Positions 45,030-55,633 of a stretch of 64,000 bases of DNA are shown here, piece by piece. Location of the stretch: assembly GCA_038119905.1 (NCBI GenBank), contig JAYOKQ010000007.1, forward strand, positions 250 to 64,249, given 5' to 3'. The DNA comes from Gemmatimonadota bacterium. Its GTDB lineage: Bacteria; Latescibacterota; UBA2968; UBA8231. Made by a program: the position numbers and the translations under genes. The notes below the pieces were generated by a model. The model searched no databases and was not told the origin of the DNA. It worked only from the letters and a program-made list of their open reading frames with translations. Within the stretch, counting starts at the first letter, position 1, and each line of letters opens with the position of its first letter.

Positions 45030-45962
45030 ATGAAGATCGGTGATTGGGGCATAAAAATAGGTGCTATTTTACTGGCATGCTTTTTATGGTTCCACGCCGT
45101 AACCGAGCACTCTTATACCCGCGAAATTTCTGTTCGTCTCATCGTTGAAGATCCGCCGTTTGATGCAGCTGCAGCAAATCAACCTGTTATTGTGGCGAAC
45201 CGAGTGCCCGAAGATGTGAACGTACTCGTTACGGGTAGAGGCAAAGATTTGCTGCAGTTAGAGAAAGATGATTTTGTTCTGCGGTTGCAGACCGAGGGCA
45301 AAATCGCTTCTCGGCGCACGTATCGCCTTCAGTTGAATCAGATTGAGCAGCGGAACGCCGAACTAAATGTTCAGCTTGAAGAAATCATAGCGCCAACCGA
45401 TGTTGAAATCCAATTTGATCGTAGGGTAGAGAAAGACTTGCTGGTAGTGCCTAATATCGATTTACAGATAGCACCAGCTCATGTGCAGGTAGGCTCGCTG
45501 CTTGCGGAACCGAGCTTTATTAGGATAGTTGGGCCTGAGTCTATTGTGAAAACGATGACGACTATCGCGACCGATTCGCTCGTTTTGGTGGACGTGCGCG
45601 AAGATGTGGATCGGGTCGTTACTTTACGACAGCCAGCCGAAAAACTGTGGACGTTGGAGCCGTCTACTGTGCGAGTACGGGCTGATGTGCAAATCTTGGC
45701 AGACAACGATATTGCCAACGTCCCTGTCAAAATCTACAATGCGGGCGAGCGCTCTTTGCGGGCTGATCCAGAATATGTAACGGTTAAGGTGCGAGGGGGC
45801 GTTGATGTGGTTTCTTCTCTCGACCCACAGACAGATTTGCGTTTATATGTAGATTTTTTGGCGTTTCAAAGCGGTGAACGCGGAGTGCAAAAAGCTGATC
45901 ACGGCACCGATTTTGAGATTTTAGAAATTAATCCGGCTCAGGTGAACGTAGTTTCCAGATAG
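45030..45962 (+). CDS. YbbR-like domain protein (membrane anchored)
   Basis: N-terminal anchor KIGAILLACFLWFHAV, followed by repeated beta-rich segments of about 85 aa. Confidence 0.5.
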   Translation: MKIGDWGIKIGAILLACFLWFHAVTEHSYTREISVRLIVEDPPFDAAAANQPVIVANRVPEDVNVLVTGRGKDLLQLEKDDFVLRLQTEGKIASRRTYRLQLNQIEQRNAELNVQLEEIIAPTDVEIQFDRRVEKDLLVVPNIDLQIAPAHVQVGSLLAEPSFIRIVGPESIVKTMTTIATDSLVLVDVREDVDRVVTLRQPAEKLWTLEPSTVRVRADVQILADNDIANVPVKIYNAGERSLRADPEYVTVKVRGGVDVVSSLDPQTDLRLYVDFLAFQSGERGVQKADHGTDFEILEINPAQVNVVSR

Positions 45963-45968
45963 GTGTTT

Positions 45969-46982
45969 ATGTTAGTTCTTAGTATCGAATCTTCGTGTGA
46001 TGAAACCTCTGCTGCAGTGGTAGACGAGGGGTTTGCCGTTCGTTCAAATATCGTTTATTCCCAGCAAGATCATGCACCTTACGGTGGGGTGGTGCCGGAA
46101 TTGGCTTCTCGTGCTCATATGCGAACGATGGTAGCTACCGTTCGTCAGGCCATGACCCAAGCAAATGTTGGTTGGGCGGATATCGACGGCATTGCCGTTA
46201 CGCGTGGACCGGGCTTAGTGGGCTCTCTTTTAGTCGGTGTATCTGTAGCCAAGGGTATGGCTATGGCAGCCAATAAACCGCTTATCGGAGTACAACATTT
46301 AGAGGGGCATATATTTTCCAACTTAATCGAGCACGAGATCGCGTCTCCCTTTTTGACGCTTTTAGTTTCTGGGGGACATACCGAACTCATTCTCGTTAAA
46401 GAGCTGGGTGTATACGAGTTAGTTGGTCGGACGCGCGATGATGCAGCCGGCGAAGCATTTGACAAAGTAGCCAAATTACTGGGATTACTGCCCAAAGAAG
46501 GTTCCATTGCGGGCGGGCGAATCGTATCTGACTTGGCAAAAAAGGGCGATCCGCAGGCGATCCCTTTTCCGCGCGCACTAGAAGGGGAAGCAGATTTTAG
46601 CTTTAGCGGCCTGAAGACCGCGGTGCTCAACTACGTTCGCAAGCTAGATCCCGATGAACGGAATGATCAACTGGCCGATATCGCCGCTAGTTTTCAGTCG
46701 GCTGTTGTCGATTCGCTTATAAGTAAAACGATCGGTGTTATAGAGCGCGGAGACATCGATATGCAGGCTGTTTGCTTAGCTGGCGGCGTGGCGGCCAACC
46801 AGTCCCTGCGCGAAGGGCTGCGCCTAGAGGTAGAAAAGCGCGGACTTCCTTTTCACTGTCCGTCCATCGCCTATTGCACGGACAATGCGGCGATGATTGG
46901 TGCCGTTGGTGTGCATCGATTGAGCTGTGGCATGATAGATGATTTCAGCTTGGATGCTGTTCCGAGAATGAGTTTGTGTTGA
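45969..46982 (+). CDS. tsaD: tRNA N6-adenosine threonylcarbamoyltransferase
   Basis: MLVLSIESSCDETSAAVV, GVQHLEGH and SGGHTELI motifs. The ORF-track start 45963 is a GTG two codons upstream. Confidence 0.92.
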   Translation: MLVLSIESSCDETSAAVVDEGFAVRSNIVYSQQDHAPYGGVVPELASRAHMRTMVATVRQAMTQANVGWADIDGIAVTRGPGLVGSLLVGVSVAKGMAMAANKPLIGVQHLEGHIFSNLIEHEIASPFLTLLVSGGHTELILVKELGVYELVGRTRDDAAGEAFDKVAKLLGLLPKEGSIAGGRIVSDLAKKGDPQAIPFPRALEGEADFSFSGLKTAVLNYVRKLDPDERNDQLADIAASFQSAVVDSLISKTIGVIERGDIDMQAVCLAGGVAANQSLREGLRLEVEKRGLPFHCPSIAYCTDNAAMIGAVGVHRLSCGMIDDFSLDAVPRMSLC

Positions 46983-49123
46983 CGGAAACTGCTTCGGTGC
47001 CCGGTTCCGCGCTGTACTTTGCCGGAAGCGGTCTGTTGCTCGTATTAATCCCCCTACTCGTTGCGCTGGTCTTTGGTATCTATAGACGCACCTATCCTAC
47101 GGTGCGTGGTGGCTGGTTTTGGACACTAGTCATCCTACGCAGTGGTGTTTTCTTCTTGCTAATTGCTCTATTGGCAGAACCCATTCTTGAATTTTGGAAC
47201 AAACGCGTTAGAAATCCACATCTGCTCGTTCTTATAGACACTAGTCCTAGTATGAGCGTAGCGGCTGGAGATAGCACGCGGCTCCAGCAGGTTCAAGCAT
47301 ATCTTTTAGGTGAGGCATGGCGTTCACACGCAGACAAATTGGACGTGGAAGCGTGGGCTTTTTCACATGAGGCCTATCAAGTAGATATAGATACCGTCTA
47401 TGCGCTGCAGACGGGCGGCCTTGCAACGGATATCGGTGGAACGATAGAGCAAATCGCTCGGGAAACCGGTGGATTAGCTGGTTTTCAAGGTGTTTTGCTA
47501 CTTACCGATGGCGCGCATAATCTAGGGCGAGATCCAGTGAAGGCGCTCGCAAATAGTAAGGTGCCGATTTACGCTCTAAACGTTGGTAGCCGCGATCTTC
47601 CCGTCGACATTCAGTTTGTAGATGCGCAAGTGGTCAGCGAGGGGTACGTAGGCAAGGAGCTCGTCATCAGAGCAACCGTGCGCAATCAGGGTTATAGCGG
47701 TGAGCGCGTGGTCGTTCACTTGTATGATGGCCAGCGCGAACTCGATCAGCAGCAGCTTGATTTACAGCTCGGCGATCAGCAGGTCCAATTTACGACCCTC
47801 CCGAGCGTGCCCGGTCCCCATCGCTATCGTCTGCGCATCGACCCGCTTCCGGGCGAATTGACGCGCGATAACAATGAAACGCTAGTTTTTGCGCGCGTAT
47901 TGGAAGAGCGCATTCGCGTGTTAATCGTCGCCAGTAGGCCGAGCAGTGATCTCAGCTTTTTGCAACGCGGGTTGGCTGCTGACTCTACCCTAAACGTTGA
48001 GGCGGTGGTTAAAAAGGATGCGCAGGTTGCGTATTCCGGTGTGTGGGACTACACGGCACTGCGCGATAGCGATGTTTTAGTACTATTGGGATACGATGAA
48101 GCAATGTGGCGCGGGAAAGCTATTGAGCGCGTGCGTGCACAGGTGCGCGGTGGTATGGGGCTTCTTTTTATCGCCGATTCGGATGAGCAGGCCGGCTGGC
48201 AAAGTGCGCTAAGTATAGACGAGCTATTGCCATTGGTGCGTAAAGCGGCACCGTTTATCGAGCAGAAAACGCTGTTGCGCGTTGGTTCACAGGGAACTAA
48301 TCACCCGATCATCCGCTCGCATAGCGATAAAGAGGGAGATTCCTGGGCCGCATTACCGCCGCTGATGGGATATTTCCCCTCGGCGCAGCTCCGCCCCGGT
48401 GCGCTGGCTCTTGTCGAGAGCAGTGAAGGCATTCCAATTGTCGTATCGGGTCTGTATGGTATGGGTAAAACGGTTGCTGCTCTATCTCATTCGTTCTGGC
48501 GTCTCGATTTGCTCAGCAGCGGTATAGCGGGCAGTCCGCAGACTGTTCGTCAGCTGTGGCGCAACGCCATTCGCTGGCTGGCTACGCGAACTCCTGTGGG
48601 GCGCGTTCGCGTATCGACCGAGCGCGCCGTATATCGCGCAGGTGCGACGGTGCAGTTTACTGCGCAAGTTTTTGACGAACTGCTGCAGCCCCAGGAGGGA
48701 TGTGCCGTAACGGTAATGCTTAATGCTGGTGAGAAGATTTCGCTGCGGGATACGGGAGACGGTTTCTATAGAGGAGAATATCGAGGTGCTCCCGCGGGTG
48801 AATACAGCTATGAAGTTGCGGCTGAGTCAGACGGAGTGCCAATCGGTCGCGAAGGAGGCGACTTCGTCGTAGAGCAACACAGCGTGGAGTGGACTGATGT
48901 GCGCGCCGATGGCGTGCTGTTAGGGCAACTTGCGCGCGATAGTGGGGGACTCGCACGCGATATATCAGAAGGGAACCAGCTTCTGCGCGATTGGAAGCTA
49001 AAACAGACACTCGTTGAAGAGCGCTGGGACCTTCGGCTCTGGGGCAGCTGGGAACCACTTATGTTCATCGCTGTGCTGCTGGCAATCGAATGGATGGTGC
49101 GCAAGCGCTTGGGCATGATATAG
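46976..49123 (+). CDS. membrane protein with BatA-like N-terminal TM pair and vWA domain
   Basis: Two N-terminal TM helices, a MIDAS-like LVLIDTSPSMS motif and a C-terminal TM helix. Confidence 0.55.
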   Translation: MLTETASVPGSALYFAGSGLLLVLIPLLVALVFGIYRRTYPTVRGGWFWTLVILRSGVFFLLIALLAEPILEFWNKRVRNPHLLVLIDTSPSMSVAAGDSTRLQQVQAYLLGEAWRSHADKLDVEAWAFSHEAYQVDIDTVYALQTGGLATDIGGTIEQIARETGGLAGFQGVLLLTDGAHNLGRDPVKALANSKVPIYALNVGSRDLPVDIQFVDAQVVSEGYVGKELVIRATVRNQGYSGERVVVHLYDGQRELDQQQLDLQLGDQQVQFTTLPSVPGPHRYRLRIDPLPGELTRDNNETLVFARVLEERIRVLIVASRPSSDLSFLQRGLAADSTLNVEAVVKKDAQVAYSGVWDYTALRDSDVLVLLGYDEAMWRGKAIERVRAQVRGGMGLLFIADSDEQAGWQSALSIDELLPLVRKAAPFIEQKTLLRVGSQGTNHPIIRSHSDKEGDSWAALPPLMGYFPSAQLRPGALALVESSEGIPIVVSGLYGMGKTVAALSHSFWRLDLLSSGIAGSPQTVRQLWRNAIRWLATRTPVGRVRVSTERAVYRAGATVQFTAQVFDELLQPQEGCAVTVMLNAGEKISLRDTGDGFYRGEYRGAPAGEYSYEVAAESDGVPIGREGGDFVVEQHSVEWTDVRADGVLLGQLARDSGGLARDISEGNQLLRDWKLKQTLVEERWDLRLWGSWEPLMFIAVLLAIEWMVRKRLGMI

Positions 49124-49269
49124 GCCTCTGTAGACGCGACTATATGCGTGCAAAAAGCGCTGATATTGCTTAATATATATAGACTCCTCTCTTAGTGTAT
49201 TTCAGATAGTGTCCCCCGCATTTTTTTCTATGTCTCCCCTCCCTTAGGCTAGCGTGGAGCATTCGCTAC

Positions 49270-51651
49270 ATGTCCGAACTTATCGGTCGTTATTTCAATG
49301 GACAGAAAAGTGTACAGGCTTTTGGCATTGTGCTGATAGGCGTGGGACTGTTTCTAATTATCAGCTTCGTCTCCCATTCGACGTTGGATTATCCCAACTC
49401 GAGCCGATTAGCCGAGAGTAATTTTAATTGGGGCGGTCGCATCGGTGCCTATGCGTCGTACGGAGCACTGCTGGCCATGGGCGTTGCAGCCTACGTATGG
49501 CCCGTTTTACTGCTGTTTTGGGGTGTTAATGCGCTGCGCAACGAATCGCTGCATCGAGTGGCTGCGCGCAGCGTGGGTATCTTGGGGATGGCATTGCTGT
49601 TTAGCATCGGTGCGGGGCTTCCCGCCTATTCGCCCTACTTAGCTTTTAAACTGGGCGGTGAGTTGGGAACCCAGTTGAGCAACTTGCTGTTAATACCCTA
49701 TATGGGTCGCGTGGGCGCCGGCGTGTTGCTGTGCGCTCTTTTTTTAGCCGCGCTCGTGTTGACGACGGACTTAAATCTGCGTCCTGCACTGCATCTGCTG
49801 TCAGCGGCTGGAAATTCCAGTCTTCGCTTGGGCACTGCGCTTGGTGCGTTGCCCGGTCAGGGCGTGCAACGTTGGCGTCGCTGGCGTTTGGTCCGAGCCG
49901 AAGAAAAGGCGCAGCGGCGGAAAGAAGACCGCGACGAAGAGATTGAAGAAGATGAATTCGTCGACGATGTGGAACCGTCTATCGACGAGCCGAGTCGGAT
50001 AGCAGGGGTCGACGACCAGCCAGCCGTTGATGAGGAGCCAGCGGCAGAGGTCGTTATTAAAGAAAAGCCGGCAGAGATAGAGCGGCCCGCGGAGTTGCCT
50101 AGTGAGTCTGTTGCGAAAGAAGAGCCGCGTCGGCCGGCCGAAAATGCCGTAGCCACTAGCAAGCCTGTAGCTACGAGCGCGCCGCCTACTAAAAAAGCGA
50201 AGGGGCGCTACAAGTCTCCCAAGGTTTCTCTGCTAGATGAAGTACCATCGAGCAGCGGCGGTATTGATCGCGATGCCCTCTTGGAGAAGGCGCGAAAACT
50301 AGAAGAAGCACTTGATAACTTTGATGTGGCGGGAAAGGTAGTAGAAGTGAGCCCTGGCCCGGTTGTCACGCGCTATGAAGTCGAGCCAGCTGCAGGCGTA
50401 AAGGTCAACCGAATCGTCACGCTGTCGGATGATCTGGCGCGCATTATGAGCGCGAAGGGGATTCGCATTCAGGCTCCAGTACCCGGCAAATCCGTGGTCG
50501 GCGTAGAAATAGCCAACCAGGATCGCGAAACGGTGTATCTGCGCGAAATATTGGAGGCTAAAGAATTTCGCCGCGCCGAATCTACGCTGACGATGGCGCT
50601 GGGCAAAACCATTGATGGCGAACCCTATGCGGCCGATTTGGCGAAGATGCCGCACCTTCTGGTTGCAGGGGCTACGGGCGCTGGTAAGAGCGTATGTATC
50701 AACTGCCTCATATGCAGCATCCTCTTTAAAGCGACTCCTGAAGAGGTGCGTTTTCTCATGGTCGACCCCAAGGTTGTGGAACTGACCATGTATAATGACA
50801 TACCCCATTTATTGGTGCCGGTTATTACGGAGCCCAAAAAAGCTTCAGAGGCGCTCAAATGGGCCGTTGCCGAAATGGAAGTGCGCTACCAGAAGCTGGC
50901 CAAGCTCGGCGTGCGTAACTTAGCCGATTACAACCGCAAGTTGGAACGCGTTAACGAGGAAGCACAGGCAGATGGCGTAGAGCCGGAAAAGTCGATGCCC
51001 TATATCGTGATTGTCATAGACGAGTTTGCCGACTTGATGCTGACGGCTCCCGCTGATGTTGAGACTTCGCTTATGAGCCTTGCGCAAAAATCGCGTGCTG
51101 TAGGCATCCATATCATATTGGCGACGCAGCGCCCGTCGGTCAACGTCATTACGGGTGTTATAAAAGCGAATTTCCCTTCGCGCATTGCGTTTCAGGTTGC
51201 GTCGAAGACCGACTCGCGCACGATCTTGGATCTCAACGGAGCCGAAGCGTTGCTAGGACGCGGCGACATGCTCTTTCTGCCTGGCGGTCAGGGAGAACCT
51301 ATCCGAGTGCACGGCGCATTTCTGTCGGGTGAAGAGACCGAGCGCATGGTCGAGGCGATTAAAGGGACCGACTACCAGTCAGAGGAAGTCGCCGTATTTT
51401 CCGAACAAGCGGATATCAACGCCGGTTCCAGCGATCGCGACGAGCTGTTCGACGAAGCAGTCCAACTTGTTCTCGATGCGCAGCAGGCATCTACTTCCTT
51501 TTTGCAGCGTCGTATGAAAGTGGGCTATTCACGCGCAGCAAGGCTAATGGACGAGTTGGAAAATGCGGGTGTGGTTGGCCCCGCAGAAGGGGCCAAGCCG
51601 CGGCAAATCCTGTGGGAGCAGGCTGAAGAAATGACCGGAGAAGGGGTTTAG
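49270..51651 (+). CDS. ftsK: DNA translocase FtsK
   Basis: 4-TM N-domain, acidic/Pro linker, motor GATGAGKSV..VIVIDEFADLM and a gamma winged-helix domain ending the protein. Confidence 0.95.
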   Translation: MSELIGRYFNGQKSVQAFGIVLIGVGLFLIISFVSHSTLDYPNSSRLAESNFNWGGRIGAYASYGALLAMGVAAYVWPVLLLFWGVNALRNESLHRVAARSVGILGMALLFSIGAGLPAYSPYLAFKLGGELGTQLSNLLLIPYMGRVGAGVLLCALFLAALVLTTDLNLRPALHLLSAAGNSSLRLGTALGALPGQGVQRWRRWRLVRAEEKAQRRKEDRDEEIEEDEFVDDVEPSIDEPSRIAGVDDQPAVDEEPAAEVVIKEKPAEIERPAELPSESVAKEEPRRPAENAVATSKPVATSAPPTKKAKGRYKSPKVSLLDEVPSSSGGIDRDALLEKARKLEEALDNFDVAGKVVEVSPGPVVTRYEVEPAAGVKVNRIVTLSDDLARIMSAKGIRIQAPVPGKSVVGVEIANQDRETVYLREILEAKEFRRAESTLTMALGKTIDGEPYAADLAKMPHLLVAGATGAGKSVCINCLICSILFKATPEEVRFLMVDPKVVELTMYNDIPHLLVPVITEPKKASEALKWAVAEMEVRYQKLAKLGVRNLADYNRKLERVNEEAQADGVEPEKSMPYIVIVIDEFADLMLTAPADVETSLMSLAQKSRAVGIHIILATQRPSVNVITGVIKANFPSRIAFQVASKTDSRTILDLNGAEALLGRGDMLFLPGGQGEPIRVHGAFLSGEETERMVEAIKGTDYQSEEVAVFSEQADINAGSSDRDELFDEAVQLVLDAQQASTSFLQRRMKVGYSRAARLMDELENAGVVGPAEGAKPRQILWEQAEEMTGEGV

Positions 51652-51657
51652 TCTAAT

Positions 51658-52320
51658 ATGAGACGACCGTACGCGATCGCTACATGGCTTTTCATCGCCT
51701 GTTTTGCCCAAGTGGCCAATGCTATTACCGGCGGAGAGATCGTGGAGAAAGTCCAGGAAAAGCTAGATGCGTATAAGTCCTTTTCCGCCGAGTTTGAAAA
51801 GCAGTTTTACTGGGCGGCGCTGGGCAAGAGTCGGAGCCGAGAGGGCAAACTGTATATGCGCCGTCCAGATCACTTTCGCGTGGAGTTAGATAACGGCGAT
51901 GCCGTCGTAGCAGACGGTCAGACAATGTGGTCATATGTCGCGCGCAACAAACAGGTTGTCGTCAGCACGTATGAAGGCGAACTGCGCACCCCGTGGCAGG
52001 TTTTTGTTGATTACTCTGACCAGTACGTTCCCTTAGCAGTCGAAGAAACGGAGCTCAACGGGCGCTCTTGTTACATGTTAGTGCTTAGGCCGATGGGACA
52101 GGCGGACACCAGTTCCAAAAAGCAGATGAAGATTTGGGTCGACAAGAAGAAATGGTGGTTGATGCAGGTCGAAACGGTAGAAGACAACCAAGACATAACG
52201 ACTTATACGCTTAAGGGGCATAGAGAAAATAAAAAAATAGAGGACGATGTGTTCGCTTTTGATATGCCCAAAGATATCGACGTGGTTGATCGCCGCAGGC
52301 CGGTGCTTGGTGATGAGTAG
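51658..52320 (+). CDS. lolA: LolA-like outer-membrane lipoprotein carrier
   Basis: Signal peptide. F.Q......REGKLYMRRPDHFRVE..DGQTMWSY pattern. ftsK-lolA adjacency as in E. coli. Confidence 0.65.
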   Translation: MRRPYAIATWLFIACFAQVANAITGGEIVEKVQEKLDAYKSFSAEFEKQFYWAALGKSRSREGKLYMRRPDHFRVELDNGDAVVADGQTMWSYVARNKQVVVSTYEGELRTPWQVFVDYSDQYVPLAVEETELNGRSCYMLVLRPMGQADTSSKKQMKIWVDKKKWWLMQVETVEDNQDITTYTLKGHRENKKIEDDVFAFDMPKDIDVVDRRRPVLGDE

Positions 52321-54018
52321 ATGAAGTCGCGTATGGCGTTGTGGAATATGTGGGCGTGGGTCTTGCTGTGTGCGGCCCACGCCCATTCTGCAACGGTTGC
52401 TGATGGTAACAATATATGGGTTTTTTTGCGTGACAAACTAGATGCGCAGGGACAGACTGTTCGTTGGCGTGCAATGGGCATTGGGCATGAGGCTGTCGAG
52501 TGGGACTTGCCGCTGCGTGAGGAATACATAGATCGAGTGCGCGCTACGGGCGTGGATGTACGCGCCCATTCACGTTGGTTTAATGCGCTGAGCGTGCGGG
52601 CCACGCCCGACCAAGAGCAGGCGCTGGGTAGCTTGGACTGCGTGCAGTCGATCCGTCCTGTGCGCAGGCTGCATCGTCCACCGCCGGATAGAGTTGCTGC
52701 CTCCCTGCCGGCCGGTCGATTGGCTCAGCAAGAGGGCTATGGTATTGCTTTTGAGCAGCTTGCTCAGTCCGAAGTAATTCCCCTGCACCAGTTGGGCTAT
52801 ACCGGTGCGGGGGTGCGTGTTGCCGTTATAGACAATGGCTTCCACTATATAGGTCACCGCGCGTTTACGCAGCGACTCAACGTGATTGCCCAACGCGATT
52901 TCGTTAACGGTGACGACGTCGTCAGCGACGAAGTCGACCAACCGCGCACGGGAGATGAAACGCGCTCTTCACAGAATCTGCACGGGGCTCAGGTGTTGTC
53001 CGTGCTGGCTGCGTACGATCCGGATCGCTTTATCGGCGTTGCGCCCGATGCAGAATACATTCTGGCTAAGACGGAAGAAAATGCGACGGAGCTGCCGATC
53101 GAAGAGGATCGGTGGGTCGCAGGTTTGGAATGGGCCGTCAGTCAAGGAGCCGATGTCGTCAACAGTTCGTTGGGCTACAATATCTGGGATGTTGGTGAGA
53201 GCTATGAATACGCCGATTTAGACGGCCAAACTGCATTGACTTCTATCGCGGCGACGATTGCGGTAGAACGCGGCGTGGTGGTTGTGGTGGCTGCCGGTAA
53301 CGAGGCCGATGCCCCCTGGCACTACATAACGGCTCCAGCAGATGCCGATGGAGTGATTTCCGTCGGCTCGGTTGACGTTGTAGTTGACGATAAACGCAGC
53401 CCCACAATTGCCAGCAGTAGTTCGCGCGGTCCGACGGCGGATGGCCGCATCAAGCCCGACGTAGTTGCTCCTGGACAGGGCGTTGTGGTAGCCGACGTGC
53501 GCGGCGGAGATTACAAGCGCTCGAGTGGCACCTCATTTGCCGCGCCGTTGGTTAGCGGCGTGTGCGCGCTCTTGTTACAGGCTAACCCTGACTGGTCGCC
53601 GAGCGACGTCCTGTCTGCTCTGCGTGCAACGGCGATCGACCTAGGGGCAGCTGGGCCGGATACGGTGTATGGCTGGGGGCACGTGCAAGCGCTGGCGGCT
53701 AGCGGCCTACGCGTCGTCGCTCCTGATAAATCGGTTGCCCTTACACCATTTCCCAATCCTGCGCGCGACCAGCATATTTACTTTCCCGTGCTGGTAGATC
53801 AGCGCGATGAAGTCGAGTTGAGCATTTTTGATGTAGCGGGCAATGTGGTATTTGCGCAGCGTTGGGCCATGTTGTCGGGCAGTTATACGCAAACTGACAA
53901 CGCGCCGCGTTGGTCTATTGGACCAGAAGTGGCCAACGGTCTGTATTTCTATCGTCTGCAATCGAGTAGCGTAAACACGTCGGGCACGCTTGCCGTAGTT
54001 CGTTCTAACCGACCCTAA
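52321..54018 (+). CDS. S8 subtilisin-like serine protease with T9SS-type C-terminal sorting domain
   Basis: Triad contexts VAVIDNGF, HGAQVLS and SGTSFAAPLVSG. C-terminus FPNPARDQHIYF...NGLYFYRLQS. Confidence 0.9.
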   Translation: MKSRMALWNMWAWVLLCAAHAHSATVADGNNIWVFLRDKLDAQGQTVRWRAMGIGHEAVEWDLPLREEYIDRVRATGVDVRAHSRWFNALSVRATPDQEQALGSLDCVQSIRPVRRLHRPPPDRVAASLPAGRLAQQEGYGIAFEQLAQSEVIPLHQLGYTGAGVRVAVIDNGFHYIGHRAFTQRLNVIAQRDFVNGDDVVSDEVDQPRTGDETRSSQNLHGAQVLSVLAAYDPDRFIGVAPDAEYILAKTEENATELPIEEDRWVAGLEWAVSQGADVVNSSLGYNIWDVGESYEYADLDGQTALTSIAATIAVERGVVVVVAAGNEADAPWHYITAPADADGVISVGSVDVVVDDKRSPTIASSSSRGPTADGRIKPDVVAPGQGVVVADVRGGDYKRSSGTSFAAPLVSGVCALLLQANPDWSPSDVLSALRATAIDLGAAGPDTVYGWGHVQALAASGLRVVAPDKSVALTPFPNPARDQHIYFPVLVDQRDEVELSIFDVAGNVVFAQRWAMLSGSYTQTDNAPRWSIGPEVANGLYFYRLQSSSVNTSGTLAVVRSNRP

Positions 54019-54026
54019 TTAGAGTT

Positions 54027-54527
54027 ATGAAAACGCGTCGACGAAGTCCTCAAAGCCGTCTCGATGCCAATATGCGGTTGCTCAATCGCCTGGTGTTGGG
54101 CGGCGTGGCCGTTTTCATACCGCTGTATTTTATTATCCGTTTTACCGGGGGTGAAGCAAAGAAAATAGAGAATATCGGCGCCGTATTTAGCCGTATTAAA
54201 AATCCGATCGTGTGGAGCGTGCCTGCCAACGGCGTGCGGTACCTAACATATTTTCAGGGGGTGCCAGACGAAGGCAATAAATTTGTCTTGGTCGATGTCG
54301 AAATGCAGGCGCGTATGCGCATAGGCTTTCCCGTTGTGCCGCGCTGTTTCAGACTCGTTGACGATATGAATATTCGCCATTACCCGCGGTCTCATTCGCC
54401 ATTTTTTATAGCCTACGGCGATTCGTTTTACATGGATCAGGACGGGAAGTTCTCGGGTAAATTGCTCTTTGAAATTCCCGCGGATAGAAAAGCAGAAAAC
54501 TTGTTATTTGATCGATACAAAGAATAG
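54027..54527 (+). CDS. hypothetical membrane-anchored protein (DUF4352-like beta-sandwich?)
   Basis: One N-terminal TM helix. GNKFVLVDVEM...GKLLFEIPAD pattern. Confidence 0.35.
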   Translation: MKTRRRSPQSRLDANMRLLNRLVLGGVAVFIPLYFIIRFTGGEAKKIENIGAVFSRIKNPIVWSVPANGVRYLTYFQGVPDEGNKFVLVDVEMQARMRIGFPVVPRCFRLVDDMNIRHYPRSHSPFFIAYGDSFYMDQDGKFSGKLLFEIPADRKAENLLFDRYKE

Positions 54528-54539
54528 GAGAATTTCGCT

Positions 54540-55629
54540 ATGCCTACGATAGAAGAAACACTGCGCGAATGCACGCAACGCTTGGATCGGTTGGGAGGCT
54601 ATCTTTGACATAGATAGCAAAAAGTCACAGCTAGCCGCGCTAGAAGAAGAGATGGCCGGTGCGGATTTCTGGAACGACCGCAAAAAAGCCGAACAGACCT
54701 CGCGGCAGGCACGCGTGTTAAAAGACGGCATCGCTTCTTGGGAGGGATTGCAGAAGCAACTGCAGGATCTATCTGAGCTGCAGGAGATGGCCAGCGAAGA
54801 GGGGGATACAGATACTCTCAGCGAGATTGAGAGCGACTCTGAGCGGCTAGTAGAAGCCGTGGAGGACCTTGAGTTTCGCACCATGTTAGACGGTGACGAC
54901 GATTCTAAGAACGCCATTTTGGTTATTCACTCGGGAGCGGGTGGCACGGAAGCAGCCGATTGGGCTGAGATGCTGATGCGCATGTATACGCGTTGGACAG
55001 AACGCAATGACATGGAGAGCAGCATCATGGATATGCAGCCGGGAGAAGAGGCCGGTGTCAAAGGCGTGACGATTGAAGTAAAAGGCGATTTTGCCTACGG
55101 CTATTTGAAAGCCGAAGCCGGCGTGCATCGTCTGGTGCGCATCTCTCCGTTTGATTCGAGCAGTCGCCGACACACGTCGTTTGCTTCTGTTTTTGTCTAT
55201 CCGGAAGTAGACGATGATATAGAAGTCGATCTCAGGGACGAAGACCTAAAAATAGAGGTCTATCGAGCGGGTGGCGCGGGCGGTCAGCACGTTAACAAAA
55301 CGTCTTCGGCTGTGCGCATCACGCACTTGCCGACCAATATTGTCGTGCAGTGTCAAAACGAGCGCTCGCAGCTAAAAAACAAGGCGACGGCGCTCAAGGT
55401 GTTGGCCGCACGCGTCTACCAGCATTTCAAAGACGAAGAGGACAAAAAACTGCAGGAAGTTGAGAGCTCAAAAAAGAGCATCGACTTCGGCAGCCAAATT
55501 CGCTCGTACGTGTTTCATCCCTACAACCTAGTCAAAGACCATCGCACTAATCACGAGACGGGCAACGTGCAGGCCGTGATGGACGGCGATATTGATGCCT
55601 TTATAAAATCGTTTCTGACGCAGGAATAG
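54540..55629 (+). CDS. prfB: peptide chain release factor 2, requires programmed +1 frameshift at CTT TGA C (54603..54609)
   Basis: Frame 0: MPTIEETLRECTQRLDRLGGYL then TGA. The +1 frame continues DIDSKKSQLAALEEEMAGADFWND. Internal SD GGGAGG lies 4 nt before CTT. SPF and GGQ motifs are present. Confidence 0.95.
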
Positions 55630-55633
55630 ACGG

